Shown here one piece after another: positions 24,001 to 36,000 of a DNA stretch of 36,593 nt. This DNA is from Candidatus Omnitrophota bacterium (GTDB lineage: Bacteria; Omnitrophota; Gorgyraeia; Zapsychrales; JANLHA01): contig JAGLHE010000084.1 in the NCBI GenBank assembly GCA_023143685.1, positions 1 to 36,593 on the forward strand, given 5' to 3'. The notes under the pieces are model-generated. The model had not been told where the DNA came from. It saw only the letters and a program-made list of their open reading frames with translations, and ran no database searches. Each line of letters opens with the position of its first letter. Position 1 is the stretch's first letter. The translations under genes and the position numbers were made by a program.

Positions 24001-27000
24001 TACGTTAGGCTGACTGATACGTGCAGCTAAAGCTGGCATAAAGAACCCTGCCTCTGGTCGCATTTCCGCAATCCCGTCAATACGGAAACTTGCTGGGGAA
24101 CGATATCGTGAGAAAACTGTAATCAAACCACCACGAATATTTAACAACCATTCCACAACCAAATTCGTCGGGCCACCTGTTTGAGTAAAATTATTCCCCG
24201 CCGTTACTTTATCAAAGTAAAATTGATTTTCCGGACGGAAAAAATATTCCTCAGCCTTTGCTGCATTACCACCAAACCCTGCCCGGATTACCAGAAACTC
24301 TGCTTTTTCTTTAATTCGCCACCGCAAGTGTTCATCAATCTTAAGGAACTCTTTTTCCTCATCCGTCAAGTCACCATTTAAAACAACTGCTCTTTCTGCA
24401 GGGTTTAAGTATGCCAGAGACAAGAAATGTTCATGGCTTCGGAAGAGCATCTCTTTCCAATCATAATCAGAAACGCCCTCTAGAGCCCTTAACACCTTTT
24501 CCTCATCCGTCAAGTCACCATTTAAAACAACTGCTCTTTCTGCAGGGTTTAAGTATGCCAGAGACAAGAAATGTTCATAGCTTCGGAAGAGCCTCTCTTT
24601 CAAATCATAATCAGAAACGCCCTCTAGAGCCCTTAACACCTTCTTCATCAATTGTCGCTTCCCTTTCCCACTCTCAAAGAATTTTTCTTTCATATCAAAG
24701 TATCTCTCAGCCTCATTTTCGTCAGCAAGGAATGTCGACTCAACCAAATGCCTAAATCCTAAATCAAATGCGGCTTTGCCCTGTTCCCAAATCCTTAACC
24801 CTGTTGGATTATATTCGTTGAGAATACGCATCATCTTGTGTTGAATATGCTCCATATTGAACATCTTCACATTCTCATCTGTTATTCCCATGTCTTTTAA
24901 CATTTGCATTGTTTCTTCAGTATGGACTTCATCCTCAAACTTTTCTTCCAATAATCGAGACAATGCCTCTTTGCTCGCTTTAGTAATAATCTGCTGCATC
25001 AGAATATCTCGTTGTTTTTCAGATAAACTATCCAAATGATCAATCAGTTTATCTGACAAAATCCACTCTATTTCTTGTTCATCAAACATATTATGCAGCA
25101 TATTACGCCACTGCGTTCCAGCTGTGCGTGTAATCAAATTATTAAACTCATTCGGATAAACAGCACCCTCAAAAGGATTTACCGCTCCTTCATCTAAATT
25201 CCCTCGTTCAATCTTCTTTAATGCCAGAATTCCTTTATTTTTCGCAAAAATCTTTAACAACTGGCTCTTGTCTTCTTTAGTCATATATCGACCTTTTTTA
25301 CGAACCCAAAACCGCTTACTTTCATCATAATGATAAAAGTTGTCCCATAATCTTGCTTCTTCATCAGAAAGAGGAACTTCTTCATTAACTATTTCATTAA
25401 CTTTTATAACGTCAGGGATATCTATACTCTTTCTTCCCTCCTCAAACGTCATCCAAACAATCGGATCATTAAATGTTGCCTCACGCATTGTGATCCGCTG
25501 CATATCTTCCCAAACAATGCCACCCTTAAATACGGCACTTTCAATGTCAAAATCATAGAATCGATTAGAAATTTCTTTTAATCTTTCCCATGCATCAACA
25601 AATGTTATCCCAGCGTCTTTACCCGCCAAAATAGCATCCATTTGTTTTTTCGTAAGATGCCCATCTTCACGAGCGGAATCAAGAAGCTTCATCACAACCC
25701 CCCTAGTCATCCTCTCCTGAATATTCTTCGGCATCTTAACCCAGCTGAAATTGTGGAGGCCAAAACGTTTGCTCAAGACAGAAATTTGCATTTCCAGGTT
25801 AACCCAGCTAAGGACATAAATCCACAAGCCAAGCAATGCTACAGCGGTCCAAACAACAGCACCGATCGTATATAGTTTGATACTCGCAACAACAAGGCCG
25901 ACAATAATAACAGCACTTAATATTCTTGCTGGTGAATACCATCTTGCGCCACCAATGCCAAACACTTTTCGCATGGTATGCTTCACATGTCCATTATAGC
26001 GGACCATATAACGAAGTTGCCGTTCCCAGACTTTCTTAATAACATTTGGCTTGCCAATCAAATATGTTGTCACTTTCGGGAACAAGACCCCTGCCACAAC
26101 TGTAATGCTTCCCGCAAGATAATAATAAAATGCTTGTTCAAACAACGAATACGCCAACTGAACTTCCTGCAGATACGGAAGACCGAAGATAAATGTTAAC
26201 CCGAAGAAAACGGCCCAGAGATATGCAGGATAAGAAATCATATATTTATCCGGCCGTTCTGTGTCTTTGACGATGACTTCAATGACCCTCTGAACAAAGA
26301 ACGGCACAATAAAGACCATGAATGCCATAAAGACAAGCTTCGGCATCAAATATAACGAGAGGACGTTGCTTAAGAAAAGGCCTGCCATGACTACTGAAAC
26401 AGCTAAAATAATTTCTCGTGGCTTTGGCAATGGCCGCACAAACTTCGTAAAGAATGGCATATACTTTCGCATCGTCTCTTTACCCTTTTCATTAGCAAAC
26501 TCATACGATGCGTTATATTCTGAATCTTGGCTAAACATATAAACCTGTTCAACAGCAAAGTCTATGAGGCCTAATTTGCTTCCGTCTAATTGAGCTCTAA
26601 GATACTTGACAAATCTCCCTTCTTCTCCGCCTGTCGCATATTTTAATAACCATAAGATCAATCCTAAAGCAAATGGTGTGCTTCCAAAGACAACCGCAAG
26701 CGGCGTTAAATGAACATCCGGCAAGATCCCCAAGAATAAAATTCCACTGATCGCAAGAACATAAGAGAAAACAGATGTCTTCTTTACCGTCCATTCAGTC
26801 AAAACCCTAATAAAGTTAAGAACATTAAAATGTTGCCCTGGATATTGATAATAATGTCCTTTTTGTGTCTCCTCTTTAAGTGGCTTAACAAAAGGAGAAA
26901 TATATTGACTGTAAATCGTTTGGCCAATATATTGACGTCTCTCTGAACTCTCTTTTTCAACAGCTATTAAAATAGCCCAAAGAACTTTAAAAGGAACATG

Positions 27001-30000
27001 TTTCTGAGAATCAAAATTGTCAAATGAAAACTCAGGATCCTTCAACAAGTTCCTTACCTGATCCAACAATAAACCTTTATCATTCAAATCACCCTTTAAG
27101 ATTTCATTCAATTTAGCAAACGTAAGCCCAATAGCCTTAAGGGGATTCTGATATGTTTCGACATCTTTCCCGTCTACATTCTTTACTATCTTAGAGCCCT
27201 TAAACAACATACTAAATGCCTCAGAATTCAATGTCTCCCTTGCCTGCTCCGGTCCTCGAGAAACAAGGGGTTGATGAACTTTACCCATTTCTGTCTTCAT
27301 AATCTCACTCAAAGCCATGGCTGTTGTTGTAATCTCTTCAATAATCTCATCTTCTCTATCCTCTTCTCTGTAGGTCTTTGATAAATCACGCATATATTCT
27401 GCGAACTCAACATTATTCGCATAACTTCCTATAACAAACTTAAAGATCAGGTCTTCTGTCACCTTCCTCAACGGAACCTCAATCCAACCATCCCACTTTT
27501 TACCTGTACTATCTTTCTTGTATTTACGCGGCCGTTCAACCTTAATATAAATCCCATCTTCTGAATAACGCCCCTCTTCACTCGCAACACCTAATTTTTC
27601 TTCAATATATTGAGATTCAAACTTATTTATATTTCGATCAATCAAATTATAAAGCATATACCCTGTTATATAATCAAAGACATCAACATCTTTATGCCAA
27701 ATAAAGGTATCTTTTCTTTTAAATGGAATAAACCCACGCAAGCTTCGTAACAAGGCTTCAATCTGAGCCAACTTCTTTTCTTCAAGGATAGGGAAGGACT
27801 GTTTGAAATCATCATTCAATTCTTTAAAATCTTTATTGACCAAACTTTGATCATCAATATACCCAAATTCTTTCAACTTCTTAAGAATACGCTCCGGCTC
27901 CAATTCAAGATCCAATCTTTTAATTGCTTCTTTTTCAACAGGCATATCGCTCTTTCCAAAACTCCATTCTTTCTTAGCGTCCTGATTGAAGCCTATTTTC
28001 TCCAATATCTCTTCAATATATGGCCTATAAACTGTGCGTATTAACCTTGTATATAATTGCCAGTAATAATCGCGGCTGCCCTTTCCGCCTAATACCACTG
28101 TAGTTCCCGCCTTCATTTCTGCATCAAGATCCTTCTCAAGTTGTTCTTTCGTCACATCAATATCAAGATCTTCTTTCTTCCCATCGACAACAACTTGCAT
28201 TGACTTAAAGGCATCTTCATAAACTTTAGAATCAAACTTCTTCGCAGCCCCAACAGGCGTTCTAACAAACAATGCCTTAATTAAGGAAATCAATCGCGGA
28301 ATAGCGAATAATGAAACCACTACAGCAACAGCAAAGATTACAGATATGATTGTTCCCTGAGAAGATGTCATCTTGGGCAATTTATCTTTACCAATATTAT
28401 TTATACTCTCATCAAATTCACCCTTAACCTTGGGTAAGGTTTCCTCGACAAACTGTCTGTAATGAGATCCCACAATATTACCAATAATTCTGTTGTACCC
28501 TTCCTTAGTTTGCGGCGCAATATCGACACCAAAATCTTTCAAGAATTGTCTGTTCTGATATTTTCTTTCTCGATTATTGTCAATTCTGAGAATATTGCCA
28601 TTCATGAGAAGCGATCTCTTTAATCGAGTCTCAACAGGTAATATCCCTTTGCCATAATTTAAGAATAGTCTATTCAGATCTTCTAGAAGGCCTTCTTGAA
28701 CAGGAATTTCAACAATGGTAATCTTTCCGGTTTCACTTAATTGAACAACAAATTTAAGATGCGGGACAAGCTCCGGAATCTTTGTGAATGTATGGTCCTG
28801 TTTAATATACGCCTGTTCTGGGAAATCTAAATCAAAATACGTTCGAATCAACTTCGGTCCTTCCCTGGATGTCTGATCTTGATAAACCTTGTCTCCAAAA
28901 CCTAACCGTACTGCTTCCAGAACCTTCCCTCTTTCAGAGGCCTCAGCCTTTTCACTATCCACGATATTTACATCATAAAGGGCGACACCGTGTCCTGTCG
29001 TGAGATCAGCATCATAACCTGTGAATCGCGTCTTCTTGACCAAGCTATTATCCTTCGTCGTATACGTCTCTGCGGATTCCGCTAAACGTCGGTCGCCTTC
29101 GGATGGATAAATGTAACCTGTTCTAAATCGGGCATCCTTCTTCGCAAAACCTAACACGTTAAAGCCCGTAGCCTGATCAAGAGTCTCAACTAAAGAACCA
29201 TCCCCTCTTCTTATTTCGTCCCACGCCTTTATTGGATATTTAAAGAAAATATTATTTGTTGCCTTAAGATGTTGATGTAAATACGCATGAACATCATCCG
29301 GATTTGCTGGCAAGACAAGCTCTTTGGCGTCCTGCCCTTCTTTTGTACTATAATAAACATTTCCTTGATCAAACTTTGTATTGTTTGAATAATAACGGAT
29401 CGATTCTTTCCCATTGCGATGGTAGGTTGTAACAGACTTATTCGCGACCCCTGCCAAACCTAATTCTTGAATATTAAAGGCATAAAATCTATATGTTGAT
29501 TTTTCTTTCATGAGGGTCCCGTCCTCCTCAACTTTTCCAAAATGCGTCTCATGAACATCCCCTAATGCATTGCGGACTTCCTGATAAGCAACAGAATCCT
29601 TGAGGACGTCCTCGCTATCATAATAATATTGATTTCCGACGGCCTTAATTCTTCCTTGTTTATCAAAGACCTTATTAAAGATATCTTTGGTATCTTTAGA
29701 ATTATCTGGCAAGCCGATTTCTGTTTCGTCAAAGTTCACCAGACAACTTGCATCAAGCGGCTTCCCTTCTGTAACAATTCTTTCGTCCTTATCATAAACA
29801 CCGACATAAGTCTCTGATTCAGAAGAAAGGTTTCTCGTGGTCAAAATCGGATGATTATATTTCTTAATAACGATATTATCTGGTATAAATTTCCCTTGTT
29901 TTGATTGTTCCTGAATGGCGCTAATCACCTGCGTTAATTGGTTATGCTTATTACTAATTTCTCTCCAAACTAAATCATTGAATTTCTGATTCTTTAATTC

Positions 30001-33000
30001 AACCATTAATACACCCTCAAGATAATCATAGGCAATCGCCTGAGATTTCTTATATTTATCTTCCTCCAACACCTTATCTGTCCCCATATCACGCAAACGA
30101 TTCAGCACCTGTGATGTATTCGCGATATCAAAATAGGTCAACGGCAAAGTAACTTTTGTCCCATCTGATTTTGTATAAGGAACATGAAGCCCATTGTAAT
30201 CATGTACTGTTGTCTGTTCGAGGATCTTCCCAGATACAGGTCGACTAATCGTCTTACCCCCATCTTCAGCAAAATACGTTGTACTAATATACGGTCTATT
30301 TCGATGATGTACATCCTTCTGTTCATACCATGTAAATTTATCGCGCTCCGCATCCGTTAACTTTAAAGTAATAATCCCACCTTGAAAGTCAACAACTCTT
30401 GATTTTGTGAACGGAACTTCAACCGTTTCATCCCCAATGGTAATTTGAACAACCGTTTCCCCTTCTGCGGCGATGCGCGGGTATTTGCCGCTATAGGCAT
30501 ATCTTGTTACGCGCTTAACTTCTCCAACGATATCCCTTTCTTCATCCTCAATCTCTTCTCTTAAATCAACCTCCACGCTAGGCAATCCTTGTGCGGAAAT
30601 CTCTTCATCAACAATACGGCCGCCATTTAAGATCTCTATACGCGCACGTAGTAATTTACCGTCCTGCCAAGTGTACGGACTGTACTCAAACTCTTGTAGC
30701 CATTCGTTGTGCCATGGCGCGTATTTGTATCCTTTTCCAGAAACCTCACGACCGCTACGATCATAGATCGGAGCGTATAAACGATCAATGCTGTAATCCT
30801 TGTCTTTCTCTTTCTCAAATAATGTCTTTTGATAAATCAGCTTGCCGTGGGCACTGCGGATGGTTTCAGTTTTCTCCTGATAATTATTCTTATCATATTC
30901 TGCCCATCTTGTTGCATTGTCTCTCCATGTCTTGGTTGCGCTGTCATAAGTCGCATACGCTGTCTCAGAAACCGTTTTACTGTTTTGGCCTATCTTTTTT
31001 TCTTGTTTTATCTCAGCGATAGTCTCATCCGTGTTATAAATAAAGGTTGTTACCCATTGATATCCTTCGTCATCTGTGCTGATGGACATAACCGGATTCT
31101 TCCAGCGGTAATCCCAAACATATATTGTTCTCTTATTACCCTTCGTATGATCAATCTCCTCAGCCTTTAACTCACGTGTTACAGCGTTATAAGAAAGTGT
31201 CTTAACCGTTGTTAAATGCTCGCCTGTGTCTTCAGAATAAATATAAGTCGCATAAGGAATGCGCCCATAATAGAACTTGTCACTGTAAAGCGGAATAACC
31301 CTTGTTGCAAAATCATATTTACGGCCACAGGTCCCTGCAAATTTATCTCTGTAGAACTCTGACATCTTGCGGCCGGCATTAGCATTATCAAATGTTATGC
31401 GGCTTGTTAAGTCATGAGCCATATCTGTCTGTTCTATCGGCGTCTTCCATCCATAAATCTCAAGGTCTTTGGCTATATGGTGAACTAAGGACTTATTCTT
31501 TACTCGCAGTTTTCCTTGTTTCGGAGTTTCGGTCGTCCCATCATTTTCATGAACCTTCGAGGAACGGAAGATACCGTTGGCATCATATACAGGTTTTGTA
31601 ATATAAAGATCATCAGATCTATGAATATACCCGCCATAAAGATCATAGGGACCATACGTATCAACAGAAACCCCTCCTCCAACATAATCCAATCGCACGT
31701 GTTTCTCGATTTCATCATCATCCATCAGTGATTCAACTTCTTCTCTATTAAAAGGATTAATAACGTACTGCCAATCAACAAACGTCTTTTCTGTTGGCTG
31801 ACTTTGTTTTGCAGTTTTAATATGATCAAGCAGGTCTGATTTTGTCATAATCTGTTTACTTGGTAATCCCTTCGGGTTAAAATGAGTTACTGTTCTGTCA
31901 AGCAGCTGTTTCCCGTCATAGATTCTTTCTGTAACTGACTTACCCGTAAAAGAATACTTCCATAAACCTTTTTCGTTATAAGCATTGACTTCCGGACCGC
32001 TGTTTGGATTAACCCTTTCAACTAATGTGTATTTACCAACTGGGAAGATGATTGTTGCCAAAACCTCTTCTTCTTGCCCATCCCCATCCGCATCCATTGT
32101 GACCTGAATATCAGCATATCCTTTATTGTTGGCAATAAAGCGATCGCGAGCCTCAAGGCTTGTGACTTTTGTTAAAAGATAATTAACAGTCTTAGAATCG
32201 CGGATAATGTTCCCCTGATGATCCGTAATCGGTGCGTCTCTAATAATCTTGGTACCATCTTTAATGATTCCTGTAATAACCGCCGCACCATTTCGGAAAT
32301 CATATATTATTCCATCCTGCGCAAAGCTTTCATTTCCGGTCAGGGCAGCTGCCATCCGTCTTGCATTGACAGCACCGGCTGCAATTAATTCTCTATATTC
32401 CTTAACTTCTTCATCTGACGACATCATGATAACTTGATGAACTCTTTTTTCCGCATCAATATAAACAAATTCTTGGCCGTTAATCTTATCAAGATAAACC
32501 AACTCTTCCGACAGTTGATTAAGGCCAGCCAGCTTCACTTTATCTTCATCCGTAAAGATGACCCTCTTTCTTAATAAACTTTCTTCCCGTTTGGTTAATT
32601 CGTCTTTAGCGTTTTTCCGTACTAACTCTGCTTGCCTTGCGATTAAAGCTGCCTTGCTTCTTAACCGTTCTCTTTCATCCAACAAGGCAGCTAATTCTTC
32701 CTTCTTCTCACGTTCTTGTTTTCCGAGGACAACCTCACCCAAAGTGTCTTCTTTTGTTATTGGTGTCTTTGGTTTCTCAATATGAGAAAGGGTTGTTGTC
32801 AAATCATCTATCTCAACCTTCAATGTCCAAGGATTATCCCCGGCGATAACGCTGATGTCATATTCCGCAATCGATGCTAAGGCATATTTCCCTAACGGCG
32901 TATACCAGCCAAACCCTGTATAAATCCCGCCCTTAGTTGCCTGCGGTAAACTCGGCTCATCGCCTTTCATTCTGATCAATTCATCACGATAGAAAACAGC

Positions 33001-36000
33001 ATGATCCTTAGCATATTTAGCTGCCTCGGTCATGCCCTTCTTCGAGAAAAAGGTTGCTGTCTGTCGATAAACATTTACCATCTCCGCCGTAACCTCTGGG
33101 AACCCAAGATCAATGCCGCCTTTTCTCTGTGCTCTTCTTTCCTGAGGAGCTAAATCAAACAATGTATACTCTTCACCTCTATAATCCACAATAACGCTGA
33201 ATGCTTTTTCAACCCTTTTTAAATACGCCAAGAATTGTGTTGGGCTCATATCGAATTCCTTCATAAACCTTTCAGGCCCTAACGCGAGAACCCAACGGCC
33301 CTGGGCATCAGCAGACGGCGCAAGATCATCTGTCCCCGCACGAAGCAACCCATTATTCCACATATCACCTTTCTTAACCCAAGCCAAAATATCGTTCGCG
33401 ACATCTCTGTAAGATGTCAAATCCTTACCGCCAAACCAAGATGAAATCATTTCTCCAAACGTTTGTGACTGTTTATGCGTACCAAGATAATCCCCATAAT
33501 TAGACAAGAACGCATAAATAATCGCGTTCGGCTCTGTATATTTACGTACTTTATCTTTGTCAAATTCCGATTTTGGATTTAATCTAAGCCCTCCGGACCC
33601 ATATTCATCATGCCTGTCTACTAACCAATCAGCCATTGGCTTAAGCATTTTATGATATGCCTTCTTGCCTGTTATATATTCATAGAACATAATTTCCTGC
33701 CCTAGAGAAGCCGTAACGCCAATATCACCATTTCCGACATTTGCTCGATTATATGCGCGGTAACTCTTCGGGATTCCGTCAAATTTACCAACTTTCGTTA
33801 CCGACAAATAATTCTCATAATGAATATTCAATAATTGTTCGGCTTCTTTAATAGCTGCAATTCGTTGTGCCTCCTTAACATCATTACCGCCTATTTTTTC
33901 TATCTCTTTACCAAGCTGATCTGCCTTGAGGAGATGTCGGGCAATGGATCTTGAATGATCCCAAGAATACGAGTTATCATAATCTCCTTGTTTTTGATAA
34001 TCATGTGACTTTGGCGCCCCAGACTCAAGATTTTGTTCATACGTCCCTCCTTGCGGGAATATACGATGGACATATCCGCCTTCTTTCTTGGATGCTTCGT
34101 AATCTTCACGATTCTTAATAGTCCGTTCCTTGATCGCCTGAAAATATTCCAACCCCTTCTGTGTTAACATGACCATTCTTTGCTTATATTCACCTGAATG
34201 CTGCTGTTCGGAAACAAGATACACAGGGATATTTACGGTTTCTTTCCCAATGCCTCGTGTCTTTGCAACCTCGATACTCAAAACACCAGGAACCTGCGGA
34301 AGGCCGAGGAAGGCATCTTTTGAATAAGTCACTAAGTCATCCCTAAAGATTTTTTCGTCAATGTCATAAGCAAAGGCCTCGTTCTCTTCATGCATTTTAA
34401 TGAGTTTTTTAGCAAGATCCCACTGAGAATAAAGGCTATATGAAAAATCCAGGAAGGAAAGATTTACGCGGATCTTACTAGGACTATTGATAAACACCTT
34501 ATCAGCTGGCCCTTCACTAAACATGGCATTCGCCACAGATTTTAGATCAACCGAAGCGCCCCCATAGCTAAGAATCTTTTCAATGAAAGAAGCCTCTCCG
34601 CCAAGCTCATTAATTGGCACAAAAGACAATCCTTCCCCTGTGACGGCTAATGATATCGTCTGGCCTATATTAAGTTCTCCTGTGATTGATATATAACGTT
34701 GCTGAAGGATGTCGACCCATTCTTTTTCTTTTGGCTGATAGTAATAAGCTGTTTCTTGCCCGCCTGGAAGCTTTGTGCCGTCTGTAACAAATTCTTGATC
34801 CTGATTGACAAAAAATCCGCCAAAAGACATGCCTTTGGAAAGCAACCCTAAGTAAAAATCAAATGTTATCGCGGACTTGCGTTTTTCAACGAAGGAATAA
34901 AGTTTTTCTCTTTCTCTTTCTGTTAACAAGCCCTTAATGTTCTTTCCGTTTCTTTCGTATTCTTTTCTTTCTTCATTTGATAAACTTACGAACTTCTTGG
35001 CGACATTACCAAAGATCTCTGCCTCTTCTTTTTCATTAAGTTTTTCAGGAACATGATTAAGCGGATTATAGATAATATCAAATAACGTTCTTCCAATGAG
35101 ATTTAACGGTATCCCCAAACCATTTATGTTGAGCGCAATATTTGCAGGGAGAAGAATTCCTTCCAAGATCATCATCTTATCCAAACGATCCTTATTGGCG
35201 AGCAACGCCTGCTTTTCTCGTTTTTGGAGTTCTTCCAAGAACTCTCCACGCATATAATCTAATTTGTCAAAATTGTTCCCGAGAATAATCTCCCCACGGG
35301 ATATCATCGGCTTATACTCTGTTAGTGTGTCTTTTTCAACCCCAAGAGCTTGAGCCATTTGCTCCTTATCAAGATAAAGATCCAAAACGGCGCTCCCTCT
35401 GTCTGTACTATCCAACTGGATTTCTTCGTCTAGTCTCGGGCTAAACACTTTTGTTATCTGATCCGCAATAGCCGGCCACCATTTCAAACTGGCACCTTTT
35501 TGTTTATCGCTCTCGGGTGTATCGCCATATTTTCTCCCCTTAACATATAAAAGTTCTTGACGTGCATACGGTTTATCTTTTTTGTCAGGAACGATTTCAT
35601 GAGAAAGAATAAACCTCGCCAATTTAGTAATATTGCCCCAGTCATCCCTACCCTCAGCTTCAACCCCAACAAAGACGCTTTTCGCCTCTGGAGTATCTTC
35701 GTCTGAAGGAAGGACGATGCTACGGATCATCGGATTCCAGTGATTCTCTATTAAGAATCTTTGTGTATTTCTATTCTCAATATTCAAAATATAAGCAAGG
35801 TCTTTCATTAGATTACGGTTAGCAACCTGTGCCTCAACCATCGCTTCTCTCGCTTCCGCAGCTAAAAGACCCGGTTCAAGAATACCTTCCTTAGCCACCC
35901 CGTCTTCTTCCCACTCAACAAAAGTATAAAAATGTTTATATTTCTTAAGATACTCTTTGATCTCTAGAGGACTGATATCTTCAAAATCACTAATCTTAGA

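Noticed and set aside
24353-24642. 144-bp repeat as CRISPR or mobile-element ends
   Set aside because: Only two directly adjacent copies, no spacers, length a multiple of three and coding; no transposase or cas gene.
28800-32250. Classical Rhs polymorphic toxin
   Set aside because: No PxxxxDPxG core terminus, toxin tip or immunity gene was seen, and the region runs on into a TM helix.
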